From a virus (Duplodnaviria > Caudoviricetes), in IMG/VR virus record IMGVR_UViG_3300032365_000087, positions 1-25,851 of that record: a stretch of 25,851 nucleotides of DNA; one strand, 5' to 3'. Shown one piece after another: positions 8,708 to 15,497 of this stretch. The notes beneath the pieces are model-generated. The model had not been told where the DNA came from, made no database searches, and worked only from the letters and a program-made list of their open reading frames with translations. Made by a program: the position numbers and the translations under genes. Numbering within the stretch: position 1 is the stretch's first letter; each line of letters opens with the position of its first letter.

Positions 8708-9303
8708 ATAAAGACCTGGGCTAGGGTGACCTTCTTCAGGTTCGCCAGCCCCTGGTAGATCAGGTCAATGGCCAACTGGTCCTCTTTGAAGCGCACCCGC
8801 CAGTAAAAATAGAAATCCGCCGTGATCACCACGCCGTTGGACGGGGCGGCGGTGAAGGTGATTGTGCCGGAATTGAAGTAAGTGATGGAATACCCGGAGG
8901 TTTGGTGGACTCCGTTCAGATAGATTTTTGGGGCTGTGGGCGTCTGCTGGATATCGGTGCGGGGCTCCACGAACAGGCCGCCGTAGGAGCGCACGAACTG
9001 GAACTGGGTGGTGGCGCCATCCCCTACCCCGAGCTGCTGGCCCGGGGCGAAGTCGTCCGATTTATCGTCAAACAGGAAGGTGTCATAACCGCCGTAGCAT
9101 TCATTATAAAAGCCCCAGAACTCGGCCTGGTCGGCGGGCCGCAGGATGCCGTAGGGCAGGTCCCACTCGAACAGGGGATACGAGCGCAGGGCGACCCGCA
9201 CCTCCCGGCCGCTCTCCGCCTGGCTCACCAGGGTCTTCCAGTTGGCCCGCTTGGGGATGGGCCAGGTGATGCCGTTGAGGCTGGGGAAGATGTTGTTGCT
9301 CAT
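8704..9303 (-). CDS. DUF2460 (TIGR02217) distal tail protein
   Basis: SGRE.R, F.F.D..D, G.GDG.TT.FQ..R.YG, G.ITF..AP..G..ITA.F.F..RVRF motifs; immediately after the tape measure gene. Confidence 0.9.
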   Translation of the reverse strand: MSNNIFPSLNGITWPIPKRANWKTLVSQAESGREVRVALRSYPLFEWDLPYGILRPADQAEFWGFYNECYGGYDTFLFDDKSDDFAPGQQLGVGDGATTQFQFVRSYGGLFVEPRTDIQQTPTAPKIYLNGVHQTSGYSITYFNSGTITFTAAPSNGVVITADFYFYWRVRFKEDQLAIDLIYQGLANLKKVTLAQVFI

Positions 9304-9305
9304 AT

Positions 9306-9337
9306 TTAGCTTTCAGCGTTCAGCGTTCAGCTAACCG
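9306..9337 (-). repeat. Short heptamer array (GCTGAAC)n
   Basis: tcggttagctgaacgctgaacgctgaaagctaa just upstream of the DUF2460 start. Confidence 0.7.
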
Positions 9338-9354
9338 ATTTAAGAATCTCTTTG

Positions 9355-9378
9355 CGCCACCGGGGGCGGCGGCGCTAC
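9355..9378 (-). repeat. GTAG REP-like hairpin supplying the tape-measure stop codon
   Basis: GTAGCGCCGCCGCCCCCGGTGGCG; the TAG is 9375-9377. Confidence 0.85.
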
Positions 9379-11576
9379 CTCCCCACCGGCACGAAATTGT
9401 GGCCCAGGCTGCGGAGGGCCGCGGCCACCGCATCGGGGTTGTTCAGCAGCACCCGCTGCACATCCGCCCCGTCCAGAGCGCTGATATGGAAATGAAATGA
9501 TTGGGGCGGGGCGGCGCCCGGCCCTCCAGATGGCACAGGCTGGAAGCCTGCGCTACCACCGACGGCGGCGGACCGGAAGGCGGCGGCGGCCGGGGCCGGC
9601 AGCACCATTTCCCCGGGATGCAGGACCGCCGGCATGGTATGGGGGATATTCCAGGCGCCAGCCTGGAAGCCGAAGATGGCGCCGATCCCGCCGAAAGCCC
9701 ACTTGGTGGCGTCCATCATGGACTGAAACCCCATCCATTCCATGATCATCTGCTCCACCGCATCCATGAAGGTCTTCACCATCGAATCGCAGAAGCTCTT
9801 GAAGGCGGAGAGCATCTGTTTGTTGCCGCTGGCGAGCTGGCCGATCAAATTGTTAAAGCTGCTGCCGATTTTGTTCAGGGTATCCTGCCAGTTGCTCTTC
9901 TCCTGCTCCTGTTCCTTTTGCTGGAGATTGAGCATGGTGGCCTGGTGCTTCTTCTGTAGCTCCTCCTCCTGGGCCGCCTCCTTGGCGACGATCTCCCGTT
10001 TCTTGTCCTCCAGCTTCTGGAGCTCCAGAGCGCTCTTAGTGCCCGCCTCGATCTCGGCCTTAATTTTGTCCAGCTCGATCTTTTCCTTGTCCTTCAGGGC
10101 CGTCAGTTCGATGGCGTATTTCTTGGTTTCCAGCTCCTGCTGGCGCCGGTACTCCTCGGCCTTGTCGATTTCGTCCATTGCCCGGAGGTGGGCGTTGGTG
10201 TCTTTGGCGATTTCCAGGTCGATGAGGGCCAAGGCCTTCTTCTTGTCCACGGTGATTTCCGCCAGCTTGGCCTTGCTCTCTTCGGTCTCTTTGGCCTGGG
10301 CCAGCTCCTCGGCGGCGATGGCCTTGTCCGCCTCATACATCAAGCGGCGCACCCCCAGCCATTCGGCGGAGCCTTCCTGGCAGAGGCTCAGCTTGGCCTC
10401 CCAGAAGGCCTTTTCCCGCTCCTTGGAGAAATCGAAGAAAGAGCCCTCCGCCGCCTTGATCTGCTCCAGCTCGTCCCGCCACTGCGCCAGCAGGCCGGGG
10501 CCCCCGGCGCCGGCGCCGCCTTTGCCCTCCAGCAGTTCCTCCGGGGGTTTGCCGCCGCCGGGGCGGCGTTCTTCTTCGATTTCCCCTCCCATAAAAACCA
10601 TGCCTTTCGGCATTCTAGTTTTAGTAGCCCCCGTCCGCCAATCACCTAAAGAAGCGCGCACGCCCGACTCGAAATCCTTCATCTCATGGGCAGCTTTAAT
10701 ATCTTTATTTATCCATTCAAACAATGTTGAGAGGGCGTCAACCAAGGGGCCACCGACGAAGTTCTTGAAACCCTCCCATTGCAGATGGAGCTCGTGGCAG
10801 GATTTCTGGAAGGCCCTGGCGTGCATCACCCCATCCTGGCCCAGAGTCAGGCCGAGGTCGTCCGCCTTTTTCCGGGCCTCCTCCATTTTTGCCGGGGTTA
10901 AACCCAGGAGCACAATCACATCCTGCCATGACCTATGGAAAATTTTTTGCGAAGCGACATTGCGCGCCGTGGCCCCATCCAGGGAATTGAGATATTTGAG
11001 GACATCCAGCATGATATCCAGCATGTTGCGGTAATCTTTATTGGGGCCTTCCCTGGTGGCGATGCCCACCTTGTTGAGCATTTCCTCGTTTTGCCCCAGC
11101 GACCGGGTGAACATTTGGATCAGGTGGTAGAGGCTCTCTACTGATACGTCAGAGCGCAGGGCCTCGGCGGCCAGCTCGCCTAAGGCCACGTCCAGGGCGC
11201 TGGCCTCCTGGGTGCTGATTCCCAGCATCGTAGAGAGGCGCAGCACCTCCCCGGCCCATTCCTGCGTGAAGGAGACGCTGCATTTCAGCAGGGCCGCGGC
11301 GGCGATAATGGGGCCGAACTCCGCCGCAATTTTTCCCAGTTCCGGGACCACGGCGGCGGCCGCACCACCCACCGAATTAAGGGATTCCCTGACCGACCCG
11401 AGGCTGCCGGTCATTTCCCTGGCCGCCCCTTTGGTTCCAGAGGACATGGAATTCAGGCTGCCCTTCATCTTTTCCATGCCTTCCTGGAGCTGGGCAGTGA
11501 TCTGGTTCAGGCCGGCCTGGAATTCGGCGGTGTCAACTCCGAATACTACTTCGGTCTTGAAATCTCCGTTGGACAT
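9375..11576 (-). CDS. Tail tape measure protein
   Basis: 733 aa, helical and Ala/Glu/Lys-rich; N-terminal V.FGVDTAEF..GL; C-terminal F.AGAW.IP...A.LHPGEMVLPA and ISALDG.DV motifs; follows the chaperone pair. Confidence 0.9.
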   Translation of the reverse strand: MSNGDFKTEVVFGVDTAEFQAGLNQITAQLQEGMEKMKGSLNSMSSGTKGAAREMTGSLGSVRESLNSVGGAAAAVVPELGKIAAEFGPIIAAAALLKCSVSFTQEWAGEVLRLSTMLGISTQEASALDVALGELAAEALRSDVSVESLYHLIQMFTRSLGQNEEMLNKVGIATREGPNKDYRNMLDIMLDVLKYLNSLDGATARNVASQKIFHRSWQDVIVLLGLTPAKMEEARKKADDLGLTLGQDGVMHARAFQKSCHELHLQWEGFKNFVGGPLVDALSTLFEWINKDIKAAHEMKDFESGVRASLGDWRTGATKTRMPKGMVFMGGEIEEERRPGGGKPPEELLEGKGGAGAGGPGLLAQWRDELEQIKAAEGSFFDFSKEREKAFWEAKLSLCQEGSAEWLGVRRLMYEADKAIAAEELAQAKETEESKAKLAEITVDKKKALALIDLEIAKDTNAHLRAMDEIDKAEEYRRQQELETKKYAIELTALKDKEKIELDKIKAEIEAGTKSALELQKLEDKKREIVAKEAAQEEELQKKHQATMLNLQQKEQEQEKSNWQDTLNKIGSSFNNLIGQLASGNKQMLSAFKSFCDSMVKTFMDAVEQMIMEWMGFQSMMDATKWAFGGIGAIFGFQAGAWNIPHTMPAVLHPGEMVLPAPAAAAFRSAAVGGSAGFQPVPSGGPGAAPPQSFHFHISALDGADVQRVLLNNPDAVAAALRSLGHNFVPVGR
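9534..9556 (-). repeat. GTAG REP-like hairpin in frame within the tape measure gene
   Basis: GTAGCGCAGGCTTCCAGCCTGTG; its first 21 nt are identical to the intergenic copy at 12262-12283; encodes GSAGFQPV. Confidence 0.85.
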
Positions 11577-11587
11577 GCGGTCATCTC

Positions 11588-11641
11588 GTAGGGGCGAACT
11601 TTATGTTCGCCCTCCTGGGCGAATACAAGATTCGCCCCTAC
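11588..11641. repeat. Inverted REP doublet (REPIN-like)
   Basis: GTAGGGGCGAACTTTATGTTCGCCC ... GGGCGAATACAAGATTCGCCCCTAC: two GTAG-footed hairpins in opposite orientation. Confidence 0.9.
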
Positions 11642-11921
11642 CTTCAATGGAAATGCCCATCGCGGACAATTGGCTCATGGCCTCCTCAAAGCTCACCGCT
11701 CCCGGCGCCGCCGGGGCGGCGGCCGCCGCCGGGGCATAGCCCAGGAAGGCGCTCAAAAGCAGATGGGCCGGGGGGTGCTGGTGCCAGTAGCGCTGCAGGG
11801 CGTAAAGCCGCGGGAGAGTCAGCCATTCTTCCAGGTATTCCCAGGTCCAGCCGGTGAGGCTGATGACCTCCGCCGCCAGCAGCTCCCAGTCCGGCGGGGC
11901 CGGCTCTCCCTCTACGCTTCC
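11601..11921 (-). CDS. -1 frameshift extension of the tail assembly chaperone (gpGT-like); not in the ORF track
   Basis: Open -1 frame of 106 codons plus TAA with no upstream ATG: GSVEGEPAPPDWELLAAEVISLTGWTWEYLEEWLTLPRLYALQRYWHQHPP...; GC-rich third codon positions. Confidence 0.85.
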   Translation of the reverse strand, partial: GSVEGEPAPPDWELLAAEVISLTGWTWEYLEEWLTLPRLYALQRYWHQHPPAHLLLSAFLGYAPAAAAAPAAPGAVSFEEAMSQLSAMGISIEGRGESCIRPGGRT

Positions 11922-12178
11922 CCCGGCACGAAGCCGCTGATCTTCACCAGGAGGGGGAAGGCCGCCAGAACCTCGCCCGGGATCATGGCCTCTTCCAGGG
12001 CCTCCAGGGTCAGGTCCGGGTAATTCCGCACCAGGGCGGCGTGCAGCACCCGGGAGATGGTTTCGCCCTCCGGGTTGCCGGCCACCAGCTCCCGCCAGTA
12101 GGTCTTGACCGCCTTCCAGTTCAGGGGCGGCATTATTTTATCTTCGCCGCCCACCTTGATGGTGGGACCATCGATCAT
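11912..12178 (-). CDS. Tail assembly chaperone (gpG-like)
   Basis: Lies between tail tube and tape measure; AL.RNYPDLT.E motif; GGGGGAA near the 3' end; AGGAGG RBS. Confidence 0.85.
   Translation of the reverse strand: MIDGPTIKVGGEDKIMPPLNWKAVKTYWRELVAGNPEGETISRVLHAALVRNYPDLTLEALEEAMIPGEVLAAFPLLVKISGFVPGEA
11918..11924 (-). other. Putative -1 slippery site G GGG GAA
   Basis: CCG GGG GAA GCG TAG; a -1 slip enters the 11921-11601 frame. Confidence 0.75.
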
Positions 12179-12187
12179 CTAAACCTC

Positions 12188-12260
12188 CTGTTTTCTGTTT
12201 TCTGTTGTTAATTCAGGTTGGTACTTAACAGAAAACAGAAAACCGCCTTTACAGAAAACC
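12188..12260 (-). repeat. Heptamer inverted-repeat element D
   Basis: AGGCGGTTTTCTGTTTTCTGTTAAG...AACAGAAAACAGAAAACAG directly abutting the RBS. Confidence 0.9.
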
Positions 12261-12261
12261 A

Positions 12262-12283
12262 GCAGGCTGGAAGCCTGCGCTAC
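12262..12283 (-). repeat. GTAG REP-like hairpin supplying the tail-tube stop codon
   Basis: GTAGCGCAGGCTTCCAGCCTGC; the TAG is 12280-12282. Confidence 0.85.
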
Positions 12284-13047
12284 AGGCTGGCGTAGCTGGC
12301 GCTGCCGATGAGGTTGCTGTCGTCCGCCATTGCCGAAAAATCCATCTCCGGGATGGTCCAGTCGTTCAGCTTGGTGCCCAGGGCCAGTTTGCTGGAGATG
12401 CAGCGGTTCAGGGTCAGGTAGAGGAAGTTGGGGGCGAAATAACCCCGCAGCGCCACCTGGAATTTCGGCCGCACCCCCATCGGGTAGTTGTGCAGGGTGA
12501 CGCTCTGCCCCGGGCCGCCGCTGACGCTGTAGGTGTAGGAGATCCACACCGCCTTGCCGGCGTCGCCGGAATAGAAGGTATAGACCCCGGCGGCCACGGA
12601 ATACTGCCCCGCGGCCGAGGGGGTGGCCACCCGCTGCAGCATCCCCCCGGTGCCCTGGTAGAGCACCCCCAGGTCGAAGACCCAGGAGGCCGACTGGGCC
12701 ACGGTGACGGTATAGGGGGCGCCGCTCGGCACGCTGTCCGGCTCATTGACAATGGTGCGGGTCTCCCCGGCGCTCAAGGTTTCGCCGAAGAGCAGGTTGA
12801 ACAGCAGGCCGCTGATCCGGGCGAACTTGGCCTTGCCGGTGAGCTTCCCCTCCGCCCCGGCGATTTCCAGGGGGAAGTTATACATCCCGTAAAGGGCCTT
12901 TTCGGTGAGGGAAAAGTCCAGGGTCACATCCTGGAGCACCCCGAAGGCCACCGGCGTCGGGGTGGTGATGGCCGCGCCGGTGAGGTCAAAGGTGGGGATG
13001 CCCCAGAGGGCGCCGCTCCCGAAGGCTAATGGGTTTCCCATATACAT
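12280..13047 (-). CDS. Major tail (tube) protein with an inserted beta domain
   Basis: FGSG.L.G, FG.LQDV..DF....K.LYG, GKAK.A.I, K..D..IPE.DF.A.AD; synteny. The insert motif (AGQYSV.AGVYTF..GDAG..V.ISY) recurs in the tail-tip protein. Confidence 0.8.
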   Translation of the reverse strand: MYMGNPLAFGSGALWGIPTFDLTGAAITTPTPVAFGVLQDVTLDFSLTEKALYGMYNFPLEIAGAEGKLTGKAKFARISGLLFNLLFGETLSAGETRTIVNEPDSVPSGAPYTVTVAQSASWVFDLGVLYQGTGGMLQRVATPSAAGQYSVAAGVYTFYSGDAGKAVWISYTYSVSGGPGQSVTLHNYPMGVRPKFQVALRGYFAPNFLYLTLNRCISSKLALGTKLNDWTIPEMDFSAMADDSNLIGSASYASL

Positions 13048-13059
13048 GATCCTCCTCCC

Positions 13060-13269
13060 TTACTTCTTACTTTTGGCCGCCGCCGCCGAGGCCGGCTCCG
13101 GGGTCGCCTCCGGGGCGGCCTCCACCGTCTCAGTCAAGGCGGCCTCCAGGCGTTTCAGCAGATCCTCCTTGGCCCCCCGGGCATGGGCGAAAATTTCTTC
13201 CCGCTGGTAATAGGTGTTGTTGTGAAAATGCGCCTGAAACCATTGCTCCACGACGTCTGCGATCTTCAT
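13060..13269 (-). CDS. Small hypothetical phage protein
   Basis: AGAGG RBS, operon strand, fills the gap between neighbours. Confidence 0.7.
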   Translation of the reverse strand: MKIADVVEQWFQAHFHNNTYYQREEIFAHARGAKEDLLKRLEAALTETVEAAPEATPEPASAAAAKSKK

Positions 13270-13282
13270 AAGCGCCTCTTTT

Positions 13283-13307
13283 CCGCCGCCGAGGGCGGCG
13301 GCGCTAC
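13283..13307 (-). repeat. GTAG REP-like hairpin
   Basis: Identical to 1241-1265. Confidence 0.85.
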
Positions 13308-13312
13308 CTCCG

Positions 13313-13750
13313 TTACGGAACCATAATGTGAATGGGGATCACGCAAACCCCCTGGGGGCCCAGCAGCCCCTCGTCCGTTTCGATGTTGCCCACGATCCAG
13401 CAGTGGTATGCCAGGCCCCCCAGGGTCTGCACCATCCCCAGGCCGTCCGGGGACGGCTCCGTGGGGGCCAGGGCCGCCTCGATGGCGTCCAGCAGCTCAT
13501 TGATCTGGGTGGAGGGCGCCGTGTCCAGGTCCGGGCTGCTGTAGGCATAGAGCCAGACCCGGGCATAGAGGGTGCGCTTGGGCGGCAGCCCGTGAATCTG
13601 CTCAAATCCTTCCCCCACCGTGGTGAGATACAGGGCCGGCTGGGCCCCCGGGGCCACGTCGCTCCAGTGCAGGAGGTGGCGGGAGCAGGTTTGCACCCCG
13701 GCCACCTGCTGGAGCAGGGAAAACAGGGCCGCATAAATTTCTTCTCTCAC
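13313..13750 (-). CDS. Probable tail terminator / completion protein
   Basis: RE.IY.ALF, SR.L.HW.DV...QPAL, LLDAIE.AL, QTLGGL..HC.I.G; located just before the tail tube gene. Confidence 0.7.
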   Translation of the reverse strand: MREEIYAALFSLLQQVAGVQTCSRHLLHWSDVAPGAQPALYLTTVGEGFEQIHGLPPKRTLYARVWLYAYSSPDLDTAPSTQINELLDAIEAALAPTEPSPDGLGMVQTLGGLAYHCWIVGNIETDEGLLGPQGVCVIPIHIMVP

Positions 13751-13759
13751 TGTTAATTC

Positions 13760-13844
13760 CTGTTATCTGTTTTCTGTTTGCTGTTTTCTGTTGTTAATTC
13801 AGTTCCTTAACAGAAAACAGAAAACCCCTAACAGAAAACCGCCT
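13760..13844 (-). repeat. Heptamer inverted-repeat element C
   Basis: AGGCGGTTTTCTGTTAGGGGTTTTCTGTTTTCTGTTAAGG...(AACAGAA)n starting right after TAA. Confidence 0.9.
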
Positions 13845-14051
13845 TTAAAGCTCCCAGCCGTCCATAAACATCTCAATTGCCTCGGGCGAGGGCGGGTCGG
13901 GATGCACAAACCCGCCGGTGATCCGGTAAAGATAGCGGGCCGCCGCCTCCTCCCGCTTGCGCCGGATTCGCTCGGTCAGCCGGAAGGGGATTACCGCCGC
14001 CGAGGGCGGCGGCGCTACATTCGCCGGGCGCGGCGGCGCTACCTTAGGCAT
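13845..14051 (-). CDS. 68-aa hypothetical protein whose N-terminus is encoded by two REP copies
   Basis: ATG overlaps the end of the upstream gene; the stop abuts heptamer element C as for neighbouring genes. Confidence 0.5.
   Translation of the reverse strand: MPKVAPPRPANVAPPPSAAVIPFRLTERIRRKREEAAARYLYRITGGFVHPDPPSPEAIEMFMDGWEL
13994..14042 (-). repeat. Two tandem GTAG REP-like hairpins
   Basis: GTAGCGCCGCCGCGCCCGGCG (14022-14042) and GTAGCGCCGCCGCCCTCGGCGGCGG (13994-14018). Confidence 0.85.
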
Positions 14052-14529
14052 TTTTCATTCCCTCCGCCAGGGCCGCCTCGATTTCCGTTTTGATCTGGGG
14101 GGCCATATCCCGCAGGGCCGAGCGCAGGAAGGAGCGCTCCGGCATTACCGAGCCCGGGTGGTGCACCCGGCGGCGGATGATGGTCTCGCCCCCGATCTCG
14201 AAGGCCAGGGCCTTCTTGTATTTGGGCTCGATCACATGCGGCGGGGTGCGGCCTCCGTATTCATGGATGGCGGCATATACCACGTTGGTGCCCACCGAGC
14301 CCCAAAAACTTTTGCCGTCGCTTTTCGGTCCGGCAATATTGATGCTGGCCCGCAGGCGGTCGTGGCGCACCCGAATCACCTGGCCGCTGAGCTTGTCCTG
14401 CTTCACGTGGGTTTGCAGGTCAACCAGCAGGCGCTTCATGGCAGTTTCGATGCGGGCCAGGATAGCCGGCCGCATTTGCTCCAGCCGGCCCAGCACCCGG
14501 TCGTCTCCCACCAGCCAGCCTTGAATCAT
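14044..14529 (-). CDS. Neck / virion morphogenesis protein (HK97 gp10 / Mu gpG-like)
   Basis: LRASI, VGTNVVYAAIHEYGG, HPG...PERSFLRSAL motifs. Confidence 0.8.
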   Translation of the reverse strand: MIQGWLVGDDRVLGRLEQMRPAILARIETAMKRLLVDLQTHVKQDKLSGQVIRVRHDRLRASINIAGPKSDGKSFWGSVGTNVVYAAIHEYGGRTPPHVIEPKYKKALAFEIGGETIIRRRVHHPGSVMPERSFLRSALRDMAPQIKTEIEAALAEGMKNA

Positions 14530-14538
14530 TTTAAATAC

Positions 14539-14629
14539 CTGTTTTCTGTTTTCTGTTATCTGTTTTCTGTTGGTATTCGGGCTGTTGGCCTTTAACAGAA
14601 AACAGAAAACCCCTAACAGAAAACCGCCT
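14539..14629 (-). repeat. Heptamer inverted-repeat element B
   Basis: Same 5' arm as elements A and C, different spacer. Confidence 0.9.
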
Positions 14630-14630
14630 T

Positions 14631-15194
14631 TTAAAGCGGCGGACTCACCCTCCGGTAGCGGTCCAAAATGGCCTGCACCCGGGCGGGCATGGCCTCGGTG
14701 ATGAAGGTCACCACCTCCCGCTCAACCCCCTTGCTCTTGTGGCCGATGCGGGTGCGCTCCAGGTAGTCCAGGGCCACCAGCTCCGCGCAGGCCTGTGACA
14801 GGTCCGCCGGGATGGCGGCGTAGCCGGCGGTGTAGCTTACCGCGATATTGCCCCGGCCCCGCTGGAAGATATAGCCGATGAGGTCAATGCCGTACTGGTC
14901 CCAGACATAGCCGGGCTGCACCCCGTCCCCCGATGCTGGAATGCTCATCCCTGAAATGCTGAGCGAAATAACCGCGGTCACCGGGAACTGCCGCAGGGTC
15001 AGGCGCCGGGTGTGCTGGCCGGAATAGGTTTCCTGGTAGCTGGCGCTCTGGAACACCCGGGAGCAGTAGGTGGCCATAAAGGTACTGATGGCGGTGATCA
15101 GGCCGCTCAGCAGGGCATCGTCCGTGGTGACGGTCTGCATCGCCGGCAGATAGGCCTTCACCTGGGCCATGGTGCAGAGATCGCCGACGGCCAT
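14631..15194 (-). CDS. Head-tail connector (adaptor) protein
   Basis: L.T.A.VKAYL, DD.LL..LI.A.S, L.Q.PV..V.S, V.Y.AGY..IP.DL..AC.ELVA, IL..YRR. Confidence 0.85.
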   Translation of the reverse strand: MAVGDLCTMAQVKAYLPAMQTVTTDDALLSGLITAISTFMATYCSRVFQSASYQETYSGQHTRRLTLRQFPVTAVISLSISGMSIPASGDGVQPGYVWDQYGIDLIGYIFQRGRGNIAVSYTAGYAAIPADLSQACAELVALDYLERTRIGHKSKGVEREVVTFITEAMPARVQAILDRYRRVSPPL

Positions 15195-15461
15195 TTATTT
15201 TTTCCTTTTGGCGGCCCGGGGAGCCGGGGCCGGGGCTTCCGTTTCGGTTGCCTCCGCCCCGGTTGCCTCCGCCCCGAGGGCCGCGTCCTCGAAGACCGGT
15301 CCCGGCGGCGGCGGCGCTTCCGCCACCGGCTGATAGCCCAGGCGCTCCAGCTCCTGGGCCAGCAGGCCCGCCGGGACCTCCACCACCCCGTCCCGGACGG
15401 GGTAATGAACCCCGTCCAGGCAGACATGGGTGATATTCTTTCCAGGCACTTCCAGCTTCAT
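15195..15461 (-). CDS. Small hypothetical protein after the major capsid gene
   Basis: AGAGG RBS; short folded-looking N-terminus and Ala/Pro/Glu tail ending KRKK; stop abuts the next ATG. Confidence 0.7.
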   Translation of the reverse strand: MKLEVPGKNITHVCLDGVHYPVRDGVVEVPAGLLAQELERLGYQPVAEAPPPPGPVFEDAALGAEATGAEATETEAPAPAPRAAKRKK

Positions 15462-15474
15462 GGCTTCCTCTGTT

Positions 15475-15495
15475 GGCGGGCAATGCCCGCCCTAC
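15475..15495 (-). repeat. GTAG REP-like hairpin after the capsid stop
   Basis: GTAG-GGCGGGC-att-GCCCGCC. Confidence 0.8.
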
Positions 15496-15497
15496 AT

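Noticed and set aside
2305-9303. Calling the region a gene transfer agent
   Set aside because: The DUF2460/DUF2163/NlpC/tail-tip module is shared with many siphophages; the 733-aa tape measure, gpF-like domain and accessory genes fit a phage or prophage. Domestication cannot be judged from this window.
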